Assembly: GCA_020137815.1 (NCBI GenBank)
Contig: CM035351.1
Location: forward strand, 4,340,001-4,404,000
DNA from: Hormiphora californensis
Lineage: Eukaryota > Animalia > Ctenophora
DNA: 64,000 nt
Reading direction: 5' to 3'
The notes below the pieces were generated by a model. It was given only the letters and a program-made list of their open reading frames with translations, searched no databases and was not told the origin of the DNA. Positions within the stretch are counted from its first letter, which is position 1, and each line of letters opens with the position of its first letter. This document shows positions 62,749 to 64,000 of the stretch, one piece after another. Made by a program: the position numbers and the translations under genes.

Positions 62749-64000
62749 TATCACACTCTCTTTCACTGTCTTATTCCATTATATTCACCTCTTATATCCC
62801 TGATCCCGGCAGCAGGCAAAGGTGTAAGTGGGTCACCTTTCCCGCCAACTAATTCAATTAGTTTTTGGCTTAATTTAGGTCCCTTTTTGGTTTCTAATCG
62901 CAGCATGACATTATTTCATGATGTAATATTGTCGAAATGATGCGTTATATGAGAAACGAGACGAATTTCTGTGAAAATCGTATTTTAGACGTCATAATGA
63001 CGTCATTTGACGTAATTAGTGACGTCGTAACGACGTAATTGCATCACGATATATTTTGAATCAATACCCCAAAGGAGCTTGTAAAGTTTCATTGACCACA
63101 GTGGTGAGGAAAGGAAGTCTTTGCTCGAAAAACGTTCAATTTGCTGAATTTTTCGTCAAATTTTTGACTTCCGACGCGATTTAAGGGCTCAAAATGATAA
63201 GCTACAAAAATTCGTTATATAGTAACTGAAAGTTCAGACAATTTGCCGGTAACGATTTTTCGTCAAATCAGAAATTGGAACACGTCTTCAGGGTGCTAGA
63301 GGCGTTTGAAAAAAGTTAGTCGGTCTCGCGCAATGACGTCACTCATGACGTCATTGCGTGCATCATAGGTAAGATGGAGAGTCGCCACCCAGATGGGTAC
63401 ATGCACGAGACAATTGTCTGTCGAATGCCGCTTGGTTTAAGGTCGTACGATGTCTGGTTCGTCTCAAACTGGGACCAAACGGAAGGTAACAAAGCGTCTA
63501 TACGTCTATGTATATATATATGTATGTATGTATCAACCTAGTTATCCCCACACTGAATTTTCTGTTTTGGGGGTGGTGTTATAACTTTTGAACAAAAAGA
63601 GCTAGCCACTTGAAATTTTTACCATCGATAGAGGTCTACAAGAAGCTTCTAAGTACAAAATTTCAGCTTCCTAGCTCTTCCGGTTCGGGAGTTATGGCAT
63701 GTCAAAAAGTGCCAAAATGGGCTAAAAGTATGAAATAACTATATATACGCTGTGAGCAAGCGGGCCGTTTTTGGGGGAATTTTTTTTCGGGGGATGGAAG
63801 GGGTCACCTTTGCGCTTGCCAGCGCAGTGATTTAAATAGGTAAATTTCATGTTTTACCTTCACATTAACTTTTGTACTAGAACACAAGGAAAATTTCTAT
63901 TCAGAATTTCGATTTTTGGCAAAAAAACACAAGGATTGTTTCTATTCCAAATTTTCGAATGGACATTTTTCCTTTCTATGAGATTTTTGAGAAAAATTTG
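62322..64000. mobile_element. Second copy of the poly-G-TIR MITE, interrupted by two nested elements (62534-62873 and about 62878-63830) and resuming at about 63831
   Basis: 62322-62533 matches 31645-31840 and 63831-64000 matches about 31842-32010; 62534-62873 has TIRs TTAAGCCAAAAACTAATTGAATTAGTTGGCGGGAAAGGTGACCCACTTACACC. Confidence 0.8.

Overview
Eukaryotic (animal) genomic DNA with short GT-AG introns, dense microsatellites and many non-autonomous DNA transposons. The divergent orphan GPCRs, the nested gene and the probable trans-splice acceptors would fit a ctenophore-like invertebrate, but that assignment is only an inference. Left part: the 5' portion of an axonemal dynein heavy chain (DNAH1-like, minus strand, tail through AAA2), with an intronless GPCR nested antisense in its one large intron. 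Next comes a 34-bp satellite that switches orientation and brackets an inverted copy of the DNAH1 5' end; this copy holds the only clean first exons and may be an assembly artefact. Middle: a LINE ORF1 fragment, a complete 11-exon paxillin gene whose introns are full of nested MITEs and near-spacerless palindromes, a spliced orphan GPCR, and a CR1/L2-type RT sitting between the arms of a foldback element. Right part: five closely spaced plus-strand genes (STRAD pseudokinase, PPP4R2, a Cip/Kip CDK inhibitor with a PIP box, a type-2 malate/lactate dehydrogenase with no coding introns, and a likely MRPL22). Most have a splice-acceptor-like AG just upstream of the ATG, suggesting an operon-like, trans-spliced cluster. 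No CRISPR array, rRNA or tRNA was recognised. Exon coordinates were read by eye and may be off by a few bases.
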